This document shows, one piece after another, positions 11,271-22,411 of a stretch of DNA of 64,000 bases (its first letter is position 1; every line of letters starts with the position of its first letter). The notes below the pieces were generated by a model. It did not search any database, was not told the origin of the DNA, and saw nothing but the letters and a program-made list of their open reading frames with translations. The stretch is taken from the NCBI GenBank assembly GCA_963745075.1, contig CAVUWV010000028.1, forward strand, positions 64,001-128,000. The letters are read 5' to 3'. The position numbers and the translations under genes were made by a program. Origin of the DNA: Candidatus Hydrogenedentota bacterium (GTDB taxonomy: Bacteria; Hydrogenedentota; Hydrogenedentia; Hydrogenedentales; SLHB01).

Positions 11271-12245
11271 TCAGTTCTCCTCTTCATAGCGTTGCAATGC
11301 GCATCCGGCGGCACCGATGACGCCGGAATCGCCCCCGAGACCGGCGGGGACGATCTGCACGCGTTTCCCGGGGACGTCGAAGGACTGGGCCTGGGCCGTT
11401 TCCCGGACAGGTGTGAACAAGGCGTCGCCCGCGGCAATCATTCCGCCGCAGAGGACGACCATTTCGGGATTCAGCAGGTTAATGAGACTTCCGATGCCCG
11501 TACCCAGCCAGATGCCGGTCTCGTTCATAACCCAAGCCGCGAATTCGTCACCCTGAGCGATGGCGTCGGAAATCATTTTGCCATCGATCTTCTCCAGGTC
11601 GCCGTCGCACATCTTGGTGAGGATGGTCGGGCGGCCTGCTTCGATGCCTTCGAGGGCGGTCCGGACCATGCCCGTCACCGACGCGTAGCATTCGAGGCAG
11701 CCCTTCGCGCCGCAGTTGCATTGGCGACCGTCGCGCATGACGTTCAAGTGCCCGATTTCGGCAGCGGTTCCGTCGATGCCGCGGAGCAGACGGCCGAACA
11801 CAACAATGCCGCCGCCCACGCCCGTGCCCAGGGTCAGGCAGACCATGGAATCCACTTCCGTGCCCGCGCCGGACCAGAATTCGCCCCAGCAGGCCACATT
11901 CGCGTCGTTGTCGACGTAGGTCGGCACGTCCAGGCGTTCAGTCATCAGTTGACCAAGGGGGACATCTTTCCAGCCGGGAAGATTGGGCGGGCTGTACACG
12001 ATGCCGCTTTGCCAATTCATGGGGCCCGGCGCGCCGACGCCGACTGCGAGCAAATCGCTGGGATCCACCTCCGCATTTTCCATTGCCTGTTCCACGCTAG
12101 CGACCATCGTGTCGAGGACCGTATCGAGACCTTCGTCCGCCCGCGTGGGACGCGAGTCCTTGCCGAGCAGCCGGCCGTTGCGCGCCACGACGGCGGTTTT
12201 GACATTGGTTCCACCAAGATCGATTCCCGCTACCACGGAATTCAC
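11271..12245 (-). CDS. ROK family sugar kinase (glucokinase-like)
   Basis: GIDLGGT, DNDAN, LGTGVGGG, EIGH, CNCGAKGCLE. Confidence 0.92.
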   Translation of the reverse strand: MNSVVAGIDLGGTNVKTAVVARNGRLLGKDSRPTRADEGLDTVLDTMVASVEQAMENAEVDPSDLLAVGVGAPGPMNWQSGIVYSPPNLPGWKDVPLGQLMTERLDVPTYVDNDANVACWGEFWSGAGTEVDSMVCLTLGTGVGGGIVVFGRLLRGIDGTAAEIGHLNVMRDGRQCNCGAKGCLECYASVTGMVRTALEGIEAGRPTILTKMCDGDLEKIDGKMISDAIAQGDEFAAWVMNETGIWLGTGIGSLINLLNPEMVVLCGGMIAAGDALFTPVRETAQAQSFDVPGKRVQIVPAGLGGDSGVIGAAGCALQRYEEEN

Positions 12246-13723
12246 TACGCACTCTCCTTCAATTGCCGTACGTACTCCATTGCTGCATGCATCCGTCGCA
12301 GGGCCGCTTCCTGGCCCATTAACGCGGTGAGTTCAAACACGCCGGGACCGACGCTCTTGCCGGTCAAGGCCAGCCGCGTTGGGTGAACGAACTGTCCGAG
12401 GCCCGTGCCGGTGCGTTCCGCCAGCGCCTCGTACGCGGACTTGAGCGCGTCGTGGTCCCACGGGTCTACCGACTCCAAGGTCTCGATGATGAGTTGCATT
12501 CGTTCGACGCTGTCTTCTTTGGTCCATTGCTTTTTTACGGCCTTCTCTTCGTAGTCCGTGGGCTCGACGAAGAAGAAGTCCGTTTTCTCGACGATTTCAT
12601 TGAGGGTGGCGAGCTTTTCCTGGCAGATGGCGACCATCTCTGTCAGAAACTCGGGCGACTTGGAATCGGTGTCCAGCCCCGCCGCCTGGAGAATCGGGAT
12701 GACGCGGTCACGCAGATCTTCCACCGCGAGGTGGCGGATATGCTGGCCGTTCAACCACTGCAACTTCTTGAGATCGAACTTCGCAGCAGACTTTCCCCAG
12801 CGCCGCTCGTCGAAGGCGGCAACGAGTTCGTCGCGCGTGAAGAACTCCTTGTCCTCCTGCGACGGCCGCCAGCCGAGTAGCGCGACATAGTTGATCATGG
12901 TCTCCGGCAAATAGCCGTCGTTGCGCCAGTCCAACACGTTCGCGCCGTGCTCACGTTTGCTGTACTTCTTGCCGCGCTCATCCAGCACCATGGGCAGGTG
13001 CGCAAACTGCGGCCGTTCGTAGCCCAAGGCATCGAAGAGCATCACATGCCGGGCGGCATTCGTGAGGTGGTCGTCACCGCGAATGACATGCGTGATCTGC
13101 ATGGTAGCGTCGTCCACCACCACCGCGAGATGAAACACCGGATCGCCGTTGGGTTTCACGATAACGAAATCGTCGAATTCTTCGTTGGACACCTCGACCC
13201 GGCCCTGGACGATGTCGTCGATGATCGTGTTTCCATCCGGCACTTTGAAGCGAACGACGTATGGCGTATCCCCCTTCGCCGCGATTTCATCGGGGGTGAG
13301 GCGACTGCAACGGCCATCGTAGACGCGCTTGCGCTTTTGAGCCTCGGCCTCGGCGCGCATAACGTCCATATCCTCTTTCGTACAGAAACACTTGTAGGCT
13401 TTGCCCTCCGCAATCAATTGTTCGGCGGCTTCGGTGTGCAAGTGTTTGCGTTGGGACTGACGATAGGGACCGTGTTCGCCCTTCTGCGGCACATCGCCGA
13501 AGGGCGGCCCTTCGTCCCAATCGATCCCCAGCCAATGAAAGCCCTCGCACATGGCCTGCACGAAGGTCTCGTCGGTGCGGTCCGCATCGGTGTCTTCAAG
13601 ACGCAGGATGAATCTGCCGCCGTGTTTGCGGGCAAACAGCCAGTTGAACAAGGCCGTCTTGGCCGTGCCGATATGGAGAAACCCCGATGGACTCGGGGCG
13701 ATACGTACGCGTACGTTACTCAC
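12245..13723 (-). CDS. gltX: Glutamate--tRNA ligase
   Basis: VRVRIAPSPSGFLHIG, LRLEDTD, HVIRGDDH, KKYSKR; GTG start inferred at 13723. Confidence 0.93.
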   Translation of the reverse strand: MSNVRVRIAPSPSGFLHIGTAKTALFNWLFARKHGGRFILRLEDTDADRTDETFVQAMCEGFHWLGIDWDEGPPFGDVPQKGEHGPYRQSQRKHLHTEAAEQLIAEGKAYKCFCTKEDMDVMRAEAEAQKRKRVYDGRCSRLTPDEIAAKGDTPYVVRFKVPDGNTIIDDIVQGRVEVSNEEFDDFVIVKPNGDPVFHLAVVVDDATMQITHVIRGDDHLTNAARHVMLFDALGYERPQFAHLPMVLDERGKKYSKREHGANVLDWRNDGYLPETMINYVALLGWRPSQEDKEFFTRDELVAAFDERRWGKSAAKFDLKKLQWLNGQHIRHLAVEDLRDRVIPILQAAGLDTDSKSPEFLTEMVAICQEKLATLNEIVEKTDFFFVEPTDYEEKAVKKQWTKEDSVERMQLIIETLESVDPWDHDALKSAYEALAERTGTGLGQFVHPTRLALTGKSVGPGVFELTALMGQEAALRRMHAAMEYVRQLKESA

Positions 13724-13808
13724 AACAAAGACTTTCGTAAAGTTCATGATGAACGGCCCGCCCATCTTCGGCGCCGACCATCGTTTGCTTAACGAACTTC
13801 CAACCGCG

Positions 13809-15522
13809 TTAGCTATTCCGCTTCTGGACGTTCGCCCAAGTGTCGCGCAAGGTCACCGAGCGGTTGAATACGGGTTTGCCGTCGGTGGAATCCGGGTCAA
13901 CGCAGAAGTAGCCTTTCCGCTCGAACTGGAACTGATCGCCGGATTTGGCTTCGGCAAGGCTCGGCTCCACCTTCGCTTCTGGAATCACCTGCAGGGAGTC
14001 GGGATTGAGGTAGTCGCGCCAATCCTCGTCTTCTTCCAAGGCGTTCAGGTTCTCAATGGTGAACAGCCGATCGTAGAGGCGGACTTCCGCGTCTAGGGCG
14101 TGATCGGCGGATACCCAGTGCAGCGTGGCTTTAACCTTGCGGCCGTCTGGCGGGTTGTTGCCGCCCTTGGTCTCCGGATCGTAGGTGCAGCGCAATTCGA
14201 TGACGTTGCCGTCGGCATCCTTTACGACCTCTTTGCAGGTAATCCAATAGGCGTACCGGAGGCGCACTTCCGCGCCCGGCGCCAAACGGAAGAATTTCTT
14301 CGGGGGATCCTCCATGAAGTCTTCCCGCTCGATAAACAGCGTCTTGCTGAACGGCACTTTTCGCGTGCCCGCACTCGGGATCTTCCGGATTGTTGACCGC
14401 CTCCATTTCCTCGACCTGGCCCTCGGGATAGTTCTCGATGACGACTTTCAGCGGATCGAGCACGGCCATCACACGGGAAGCGCGCTTGTTCAGGTCCTCC
14501 CGGAGACAGTACTCGAGTTGTCCAATCTCATTCATGCTGGCGGCCCGGGCGACGCCGATACGCCCGCAGAAGTCGCGGATCGCTTCCGGCGTGTAACCAC
14601 GACGACGGATTCCGGAAATGGTCGGCATGCGGGGATCGTCCCAGCCCTTCACGTGTCCTTCGTCCACCAGCGCGATGAATTTGCGCTTGCTCATCACGGT
14701 GTACGTGAGGTTGAGCCGGGCAAATTCCGTCTGTTCCGACGGGAAGATTCCCAAGGCCTGGATGTACCAGTTGTACAAGGGCCGGTGCACCTCGAACTCC
14801 AGCGTGCAAATCGAATAGGTGATGCGTTCAATCGAGTCGGACTGGCCGTGGGTGTAGTCGTAGGTCGGGTAAATGCACCACTTGTCGCCGGTCCGGTAGT
14901 GGCTCGCCTTAATGATGCGGTACATGACCGGGTCGCGCAGGAGCATGTTGGGATGGGACATGTCGATCTTGGCGCGAAGAACCTTGGTGCCCTCGTCGAA
15001 TTCGCCGGCGCGCATACGTTCGAAGAGATCCAGATTTTCCTCGGCCGAACGGTTCCGGTGCGGGCTTTCTTTGCCAACTTGGGTAATCGTGCCGCGGTGC
15101 TCGCTCACTTCTTCTGCGGTCAAGTCATCGACATAGGCCTTGCCGTCTTTAATGAGCTGAATGGCCCATTCGTAAAGCTGGTCGAAGTAGTCCGACGCGT
15201 AGTACTCGTGTTCGCCCCAATCGAAGCCCATCCAACGCACGTCCTGCTTGATGGAGTCCACGTATTCCTGCTTTTCGGTCAGGGGATTGGTGTCGTCGAA
15301 GCGGAGGTGGCACTCCCCGTTGAATTCTTCGGCGATTCCGAAGTTGAGGCAGAGGCTCTTCGCGTGGCCGATGTGGAGGTAGCCGTTCGGCTCCGGCGGG
15401 AAGCGCGTCGCCACACGGTTGTCCCACTTGCCCGTCTTCAAATCCTCGGCGACCATGGACCGGATAAAGTCCAATCCCGGTCCTTTGCGTTCCGTCGTTT
15501 CCGTTGTCGTCTCGTCAGCCAT
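13809..15522 (-). CDS. glnS: Glutamine--tRNA ligase (one apparent frameshift near 14379)
   Basis: [21 protein letters not shown], then [13 protein letters not shown] and QFERKGYF in the next frame; removing one C restores [16 protein letters not shown]. Confidence 0.92.
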
Positions 15523-15740
15523 CTATCGTGACCTTTCAAGAAAATCGTCGTTTCCCGACCGCCCTGGGTCCGTGGAAAGCGGCTCTGATTGCCTGCGGAA
15601 TCCCTGTTAAACCCATGGAAAGACAGGGAAACGGTGATCATACACTTTTTGGGGTTTGGGTGCACGTTTGGGGAAGGCGGGAGTCCAAAAGCCGGAGGTT
15701 GGAGGACCTTGGGCAATCTCATGGTTAACTTGAGGACCGA

Positions 15741-15828
15741 AGGACATCAAGGACAACAGGGACAACAGGGACAGCAGCGACGGAACAAGTTAGGATGGAC
15801 ATACGTCGCTGACGTCCCTGATGTCTTT
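15741..15828. repeat. 9-bp tandem repeats (GGGACAACA-like) with an inverted partner
   Basis: aggacatca aggacaaca gggacaaca gggacagca gcgac at 15741-15781 and gtcgctgacgtccctgatgtcttt at 15805-15828. Confidence 0.6.
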
Positions 15829-15838
15829 TGGTTTGCCG

Positions 15839-16213
15839 TCAGTTCGACTCGTGGCCGGTATCGATGGACGTGATTTTGTTGTGGGCGTCCACATGCACGT
15901 TCTTGGCGACCCAGCCCTTGGCTTCTTCGGCATCGACCATGGCGTAGGTGAGCGCGATGATGATGTCGCCGACCTGACCGAGCCGGGCGGCGGGACCGTT
16001 GAGGCAGACGGTGCCACTCCCCCGCTCGCCTTCGATGATGTAGGTTTCGAAGCGGGCGCCGGTATTGACGTTCAGAATTTGTACCTTTTCGTGGATCAGC
16101 ATGTCGGCGGCCTCCATGAGATCGCGGTCCAGGGTAAGACTGCCCACGTAGTCGAGATCCGCCTCCGTGATGGTCGCGCGGTGTATCTTACTCTTCAGCA
16201 TTGTCAGCATCAT
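15839..16213 (-). CDS. panD: Aspartate 1-decarboxylase
   Basis: [18 protein letters not shown] (Gly-Ser cleavage site), NGPAAR. Confidence 0.95.
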   Translation of the reverse strand: MMLTMLKSKIHRATITEADLDYVGSLTLDRDLMEAADMLIHEKVQILNVNTGARFETYIIEGERGSGTVCLNGPAARLGQVGDIIIALTYAMVDAEEAKGWVAKNVHVDAHNKITSIDTGHESN

Positions 16214-17055
16214 GATTCGATGACCTCGTATTGGATGTTGTCTATCAACCGTGCTTTCCCGACCCATGCCGCGGCAGCGAGTAGCACCTTTCCCTCGACG
16301 CGTTGGAGTGGTTGAATGGTATCCGCGTCGACCAGTTCGACGTAATCTATGTTCAGGCCGGCCATTTCCTGCCGGACGGTTTCGATGAGGCGCGTCGCGT
16401 CGCGTTCGCCTTCTTTCAACATCGTTTCCGCCTTAAAGAGTCCGCGCGATATGCCCAGCGCCTGTTTTCGCTCGTCGTCAGCGAGATACCGGTTACGCGA
16501 ACTCATGGCGAGCCCATCCGGTTCCCGCACCGTGGGGAGCTCGACAATCTCGATGTCGAAATCCAGATCCCGGGTCATCCGGCGTATGACGGCGCACTGC
16601 TGCCCATCCTTCTTGCCGAAATACGCACGATGCGGCAGAACGGCGTTGAACAATTTGGCAACGACGGTCGCCACGCCGCGAAAGAAGATGGGGCGGGATT
16701 TCCCGCAAAGACCTTCCGACAGGCCTTCAACGTTGACGTACGTGGCATAACCTTCGGGGTACAGGTTGTCCTTGTTGGGGGCGTAGATGACGGTCGTACC
16801 CAGTTGTTCGGCTTCGTGGCAATCGTGTTCAAAGGTGCGCGGATAGCTGTTGAAATCCTCGCTGGGCGCGAACTGCGTCGGATTCACGAAGATGCTCATG
16901 ACGGTCACGCGATTGTTTTCGACTGCGGCGCGCACGAGGCTGAGATGTCCTTCGTGCAGAGCGCCCATGGTCGGTACAAAGCCGATGGTTTCGCCCGCCG
17001 CGCGGCATTCCCGCGACCATGTCCGCATCTCGTCTTTGTCGCGGATGATCTTCAT
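16210..17055 (-). CDS. panC: Pantoate--beta-alanine ligase
   Basis: [34 protein letters not shown]. Confidence 0.95.
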   Translation of the reverse strand: MKIIRDKDEMRTWSRECRAAGETIGFVPTMGALHEGHLSLVRAAVENNRVTVMSIFVNPTQFAPSEDFNSYPRTFEHDCHEAEQLGTTVIYAPNKDNLYPEGYATYVNVEGLSEGLCGKSRPIFFRGVATVVAKLFNAVLPHRAYFGKKDGQQCAVIRRMTRDLDFDIEIVELPTVREPDGLAMSSRNRYLADDERKQALGISRGLFKAETMLKEGERDATRLIETVRQEMAGLNIDYVELVDADTIQPLQRVEGKVLLAAAAWVGKARLIDNIQYEVIES

Positions 17056-17849
17056 TCGAAGGAGTGTTCCTGCGAGGGAAATGCGCCCGATTTCACTTCC
17101 GCGACGTATTCGGTGAAGGCCTTCGACATCAGTGCGGCCGCGTCGCCGTAGACCTTCGCAAACTTCGTGTACTTGCCGAGCCCGAGCATGTCGTGCATCA
17201 CGAGAACCTGCCCGTCGCAGTGCGGGCCGGCGCCGATTCCGATGGTAGGAATCGAGACGGATTCCGTGATCTGTTTGGCGAGGGCCGCGGGGATGCATTC
17301 GAGCACGAGGCCGAAACAACCGGCTTCTTCCAGCCCCTTGGCTTCTTCCGTCAGCCGTTTCTTACTTTCGGGGTCGCGGCCTTGCACTTTGTAGCCACCG
17401 ATGAGATTCACCGACTGGGGTGTCAGACCGATGTGGCCCATGACGGGAATGCCGGCGTTAAGAATGGCCTGAATCGCAGGACCGAACTTCGAAGCGGGCC
17501 CTTCCAGCTTGACGGCCTGCGCGCCGCCTTCCGTTACGAGGCGACCCGCATTGCGTAGCGCTTCCTTTGGCGATACTTGGTAGGACATGAAGGGCAAGTC
17601 ACCGACTACGAGGGCGTTCTTGGTTGCGCGCGTCACCATGGCGGTATGATGTACCATCTGGTCCATCGTCACGGGCAGCGTATTCGGATGACCCATGACG
17701 ACCATGCCGCAGGAATCGCCGACGAGGATCACGTCGACGCCCGCCTGATCGATGAGTTTCGCGGTGGGATAATCGTATGCAGTCAGCACGGCGATTTTCT
17801 CGCCGGCCTTCTTTCGATCGCGCAGGGACACAGCGGTGACCCGTGCCAT
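17052..17849 (-). CDS. panB: 3-methyl-2-oxobutanoate hydroxymethyltransferase
   Basis: LTAYD, LVGDS, MGHIGLTPQS, IGIGAG, DGQVLV. Confidence 0.95.
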   Translation of the reverse strand: MARVTAVSLRDRKKAGEKIAVLTAYDYPTAKLIDQAGVDVILVGDSCGMVVMGHPNTLPVTMDQMVHHTAMVTRATKNALVVGDLPFMSYQVSPKEALRNAGRLVTEGGAQAVKLEGPASKFGPAIQAILNAGIPVMGHIGLTPQSVNLIGGYKVQGRDPESKKRLTEEAKGLEEAGCFGLVLECIPAALAKQITESVSIPTIGIGAGPHCDGQVLVMHDMLGLGKYTKFAKVYGDAAALMSKAFTEYVAEVKSGAFPSQEHSFE

Positions 17850-17939
17850 AATTCGGTCCTCCTGAACCGTGACGTTCCCGTCCCGGTCCCTTGTGGGCTC
17901 CAAGCGGAGCGGTTCAGTGGTCCAATCAATCGCGCGTTT

Positions 17940-18452
17940 TCAGTCCGATGACCGGTTGGCCGATTCCTCTGGTTCGTACACCCGGACCCAATTCTGGTCC
18001 TGGCAGGCGGCGGCCAGATCTTCAACCGTCGCTCCGGTCACGGGGTCGATTGCATGGCCGGCGATTTCTACCAGCGGCTGCAACACGAATGCCCGGTCCC
18101 GAAACCGGGGGTGCGGAACGGTCAATTCGTCCGATTCCACGACCCGATCACCGTAGAGCACGATGTCGATATCGATAAGGCGGGGCCCCCAACGCGCGGC
18201 GGGTTCCCGGCCCATTTGGCGCTCCGTTTCCTTCAGGACCGTGAGAAGTTCAAGCGGCGCAAGATCCGTCTCGATTTCTGCGGCCAGATTCAGAAACGGC
18301 GGCTGTTCGATATCGCCAACCGGCTCAGTCTCATAAATCCGCGACGCGCCCAGAAGACGGCACCGGCTACGGCTATCCATCCTGGATAAGGCCCGCTGAA
18401 GGTTGGCCTCGCGGTCCCCCAAATTGGAACCCAGACTGAGGTGTACGCGCAT
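17940..18452 (-). CDS. folK: 2-amino-4-hydroxy-6-hydroxymethyldihydropteridine diphosphokinase
   Basis: LSLGSNLGDR, WGPRLIDIDI, VPHP. Confidence 0.92.
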   Translation of the reverse strand: MRVHLSLGSNLGDREANLQRALSRMDSRSRCRLLGASRIYETEPVGDIEQPPFLNLAAEIETDLAPLELLTVLKETERQMGREPAARWGPRLIDIDIVLYGDRVVESDELTVPHPRFRDRAFVLQPLVEIAGHAIDPVTGATVEDLAAACQDQNWVRVYEPEESANRSSD

Positions 18453-18562
18453 CGCCTTCAGCTTCCCGGTAACAGCCCGTTGCCCGTCGCAAAAACAGAT
18501 CATTGGTAGAATAGCAGCTTGAACCACGTCAACGCAACCGAATTACGATGGCCGAACAGGAC

Positions 18563-18941
18563 TTACGCATCCGCGAGCGAGATGGTTACCATTTCCCCGG
18601 CCTGGATGCGGGCGATTTCCCGGGGATCGCCGACGATACGGCCGAGCCGGTTGACGGCAGTGACCAATCGGCACTCGTCGCCTTGTGAGACGGGAGTCGG
18701 GCCATATGGCAGGGCGAGCGAGTTGCCCTGGACCCAATAGCAGATGGTTCCCGGGTCCACCACATCGGTGGCATCGTCATCGAGAACGTCCGCCATTTAT
18801 CGGTAAATCAAAGTATACCTCCTCGCCCCAAGTATTTGCTTCCGAAGTGCAGGGGAGGGCATCGAGCACGAGTTTTGTCATTTTGGTATCGTCCAGTTCA
18901 GCAATAAGTTTCACACTCGCTGTTGCAATCTGGATCTTCAT
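18563..18941 (-). CDS. Cyclophilin-like fold protein (apparent frameshift near 18797)
   Basis: MKIQIATASVKLIAEL...ANTWGEEVYF joins across a one-base shift to ...GTICYWVQGNSLALPYGPTP; AGGAG upstream of ATG at 18941. Confidence 0.7.
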
Positions 18942-18966
18942 TGTCTTAGTCTCCTCGATTATTATG

Positions 18967-18984
18967 AGTAATTTATCAATTACT
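18967..18984. promoter_or_regulatory. AT-rich palindrome, candidate repressor operator
   Basis: AGTAATT-TATC-AATTACT about 25 nt upstream of the cyclophilin-like start codon. Confidence 0.45.
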
Positions 18985-19860
18985 TAATTTGTGAGCGCAT
19001 TAGACGACGAAACCCGCCTGAGGGACGAAAGGGATTCATTATGGCACAGTCCTGTGGGAGATCCTACCAGTGGATTAGCGCGGTACGCGGAGTTCGGTGC
19101 GCACCGGTGCTGGCATGCGCGGAAAGGGACTGGGCAAGGGCAACCCAAGTTGCGGACGGGGTCGCCCTTGCCCCGCTTAGGAGGTAAAACGTACAGGCTT
19201 GCTCAGCCTATCCGCCCGGTGGTTCAGTGGATAGCAAACCCCTGAAGCCACCTTGGAGTTCTCGGTTCGTCGACCCTTCCAAGAATCACTCCAGGTATGA
19301 GGGAGCAGGTTACATGCCAATACTGCGGGAAGGATCCCGACGTGTGAATAGATGACTGTACTATATGGACTTAGGATGATTGGACCCGAAGATAGTCGCA
19401 CTGACATAATGGATGAGATTCCTCGTCAGGGTGAGAACGAGCCAATACTATTGCCGTCGAAAAGAACAGTTGTTCATTATTGACAATGTTTCGACCACGT
19501 ATCGCGCGATTTTCGTGTTAGAAGTGGAAATCCACAATTCCAGCGGCTGCATTTGTTCCGCGATTTCCGTGCGAAGCGAGGACCGGTAGATACGCGCAAA
19601 TGACCACCAGCTTTCTTTGTGACGGGATATTACCCGGGAGGGATTCCAGTTGTTCGTCGACACGGTGTTTTTTGGGGGAGCATTTTGCATTTCGGTTTGG
19701 GTAAAGTTGGCGGAAATCCTCGCGTTCCATCGTTAAACTATGGTCCGCCGAGAAGTAGCGTGAGCGTTGGTAGTCCCCTTGACAGCATGAGGTATATACG
19801 GTTGCTGGTTTCGCCAAATGAGCGCGTGTCGGGGAAGGCCCCGCAGCGCGTGAATTCGCA

Positions 19861-22410
19861 ATGCAATCCACACGCGTAAAACGTCTGCTTCCCCTGTGGG
19901 GCTTGCTCATGTTTTCGCTGGCGTTGGTTGCCTTGCACCATACGCTGCGCCAGGTCCACTACCACGACATTCGTCAGGCAATCCATAACGTGGACCCGCG
20001 CACGCTTCTCGGAGCGGGGCTGGTGACGGCCTGCGCGTATCTGATCCTCACGTGGTACGACGTACTGGCGCTGGCGTACATGCACAAGAAGCAGCCGTAT
20101 CGTCGTATCGCTTTTGCTTCGTTCCTCGGATGGGCGTTGAGCAATTCCGTGGGGTACTCCATTTTGAGCGGCGGCGCGGTACGTTATCGTCTTTACTCGA
20201 AATGGGGCCTGAATACCATCGAGATCGCGCACGTGGTTGCCTTCTGCACGTTTACCAGCGTGCTGGGTGCGGTCGGTATGGCGGGGGCCGGTCTGGTATT
20301 GGATGCGACTCCGGCGGCGGCGAGTGTGGCGCTTCCTACGAATGTGGCACGCATTGCGGGTACGTGTTGCATTCTGGTCACTATTGCCTATGCGATTTGG
20401 GGCGGCGCCTTCTTCCGTATGCGAAACGACACGTCCCTTTTTCACGGTGTGCCTCGGTTCGGGATGCGGTTGGCTCAAGTTACCGTAGGCTGTCTGGATC
20501 TCGTAACCACGGCGCTGGTGTTGTACGTACTTCTACCAAGGACCGCCGACATATCTGCGCCGGCTTTTGTCGGGTTCTTCGTGATCGGAATATCGCTGGG
20601 AATCGTGAGTCAGGTGCCGGGCGGAATCGGCGTGTTCGATGCTTCACTTCTCTACTTATTGAAGCCTTACGCCGATCCGCACCAGTTGGTGGTTGCGCTG
20701 ATTCTGTATCGTTTTCTCTACTACGTCGTTCCGCTCGGGATCGCGCTAACGCTCGTCACAATCTACGAGACACGTGGGATTCTCCGGCCCGTATCGCGAG
20801 GGCTCGGGCGTTGGTTCGTCCCGGCGCTGCCGGACGCGCTGTCCGTCGCGGTCGCGGTGTGCGGCATTGTGCTGCTGATATCCGGAGCCACCCCGGAGCT
20901 TCCGGCGCGCATGCACTTGCTGCGCGACTTGTTGCCCTTGCCAGTGGTGGAGATATCCCATCTCGGCGCCAGTATCGTGGGATTTCTGCTCATCGTGCTC
21001 GCAACGGCCATTCATCAGCGAGTGGACGCGGCGTACTTTCTGGCCTGCGGTCTGTTGGCGGCCGGTGCGGTATTTGCGTTGTTAAAAGGATTGGATTACG
21101 AAGAGGCCGCCGCGCTCTCGTTCATGCTGATCGTGTTTCTGCCGTCACGAAGACAATTTACCCGGCACGCGTCGGTGCTGCGGCCGCGACTGAGTCCGAT
21201 GTGGATCGTGACGATCCTGGCGCCCATACTCGGGTTTATCTGGCTCGGCATGTTCTCGCACAAGCACATCGAGTACCGCAACAGCCTCTGGTGGCGATTT
21301 GCTTATGAAGGTGATGCGCCGCGATTTCTGCGCGCGGCGGTGGGGATTGTCACGGTTTCGATCGGACTGAGCTTTGCCCTGCTTCTGAAACCGATCTCGA
21401 AAGCCGTGCGGCTCCCCTCGCGCGACGACCTGGACCGCATCAAGTCGATCCTTGAAGAGAGCCGGCAGACCCACGGGAACCTGGCGTTGCTCGGCGACAA
21501 GTCGATCTTATTCGACGAGTCGCGGACCGGCTTCATCATGTACGGTACCCAAGGCGGTACCTGTATTTCGATGGGCGATCCCGTCGGTTCCGACGACGTG
21601 CAGGAAGAACTCGTTTGGGATTTCAAAGCCTTGTGCAACGAAACGGGGAATCGCCCCGTCTTTTATCAAGTGACGCCGGCGCACCTTCCCAAATACGTGG
21701 ATGCCGGATTTCAATTGCTCAAATTGGGTGAGTGCGGCCGCGTAAACCTTACTTCGTTCTCGCTTGCGGGAGGGGCGCACAAGGAGGAACGGCGTACGCT
21801 GAAGCATATCGAGCAAGAGGGGTATACTTTCGAGATCCTTCCGGCGGGAGAGGTGGACCGCCACATGGACCGGCTGCGTGCGGTGTCGGACAACTGGCTG
21901 GCGTCGAAGAATACGGCGGAGAAGGGCTTTTCGCTGGGATTCTTTAAGGAAGACTACCTGCGGAACTACCCGATGGCAGTGATCCGCAATCACGAGGGGA
22001 TTCTGGCCTTCGCGAACATCTGGGCAAGCGCAGACCGGCACGAACTCACCATCGATTTAATGCGGTATACCGATTCGTCGCCTCGGGGTGTAATGGACTA
22101 TCTATTTGTCAACCTGATGCTCTGGGGGCAGGAACAGGGGTATCAATGGTTTGATATAGGCATGGCGCCGCTGGCGGGGTTGCAGAACCGGCCGATGGCG
22201 CCGTTCTGGAATCAGATTGGCGGGCTCGTGTTCCGGCACGGGGAGCATTTCTATAACTTCGAGGGATTACGACGGTACAAATCCAAGTTCAAACCGGTTT
22301 GGGAACCGCGATACCTTGCGTCGCCGGGCGGACTGTCGGTGCCTTTTATCTTCACCGACCTGTCGGTCCTCATTGCTGGTGGCGTGACCCGCGTTGCTAC
22401 GAAGCGGTAA
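19861..22410 (+). CDS. mprF: Bifunctional aminoacyl-phosphatidylglycerol flippase/synthetase
   Basis: Multi-TM N-terminal half ([16 protein letters not shown]) and C-terminal synthase ([36 protein letters not shown]). Confidence 0.92.
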   Translation: MQSTRVKRLLPLWGLLMFSLALVALHHTLRQVHYHDIRQAIHNVDPRTLLGAGLVTACAYLILTWYDVLALAYMHKKQPYRRIAFASFLGWALSNSVGYSILSGGAVRYRLYSKWGLNTIEIAHVVAFCTFTSVLGAVGMAGAGLVLDATPAAASVALPTNVARIAGTCCILVTIAYAIWGGAFFRMRNDTSLFHGVPRFGMRLAQVTVGCLDLVTTALVLYVLLPRTADISAPAFVGFFVIGISLGIVSQVPGGIGVFDASLLYLLKPYADPHQLVVALILYRFLYYVVPLGIALTLVTIYETRGILRPVSRGLGRWFVPALPDALSVAVAVCGIVLLISGATPELPARMHLLRDLLPLPVVEISHLGASIVGFLLIVLATAIHQRVDAAYFLACGLLAAGAVFALLKGLDYEEAAALSFMLIVFLPSRRQFTRHASVLRPRLSPMWIVTILAPILGFIWLGMFSHKHIEYRNSLWWRFAYEGDAPRFLRAAVGIVTVSIGLSFALLLKPISKAVRLPSRDDLDRIKSILEESRQTHGNLALLGDKSILFDESRTGFIMYGTQGGTCISMGDPVGSDDVQEELVWDFKALCNETGNRPVFYQVTPAHLPKYVDAGFQLLKLGECGRVNLTSFSLAGGAHKEERRTLKHIEQEGYTFEILPAGEVDRHMDRLRAVSDNWLASKNTAEKGFSLGFFKEDYLRNYPMAVIRNHEGILAFANIWASADRHELTIDLMRYTDSSPRGVMDYLFVNLMLWGQEQGYQWFDIGMAPLAGLQNRPMAPFWNQIGGLVFRHGEHFYNFEGLRRYKSKFKPVWEPRYLASPGGLSVPFIFTDLSVLIAGGVTRVATKR

Positions 22411-22411
22411 C

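Noticed and set aside
19005..19040. Hammerhead-like CTGA...GAAA segment
   Set aside because: Core reads CTGAGGG instead of CTGANGA, and flanking stems could not be formed
19448..19910. Short ORFs upstream of mprF
   Set aside because: No recognisable motifs or RBS and they overlap each other; not called as genes
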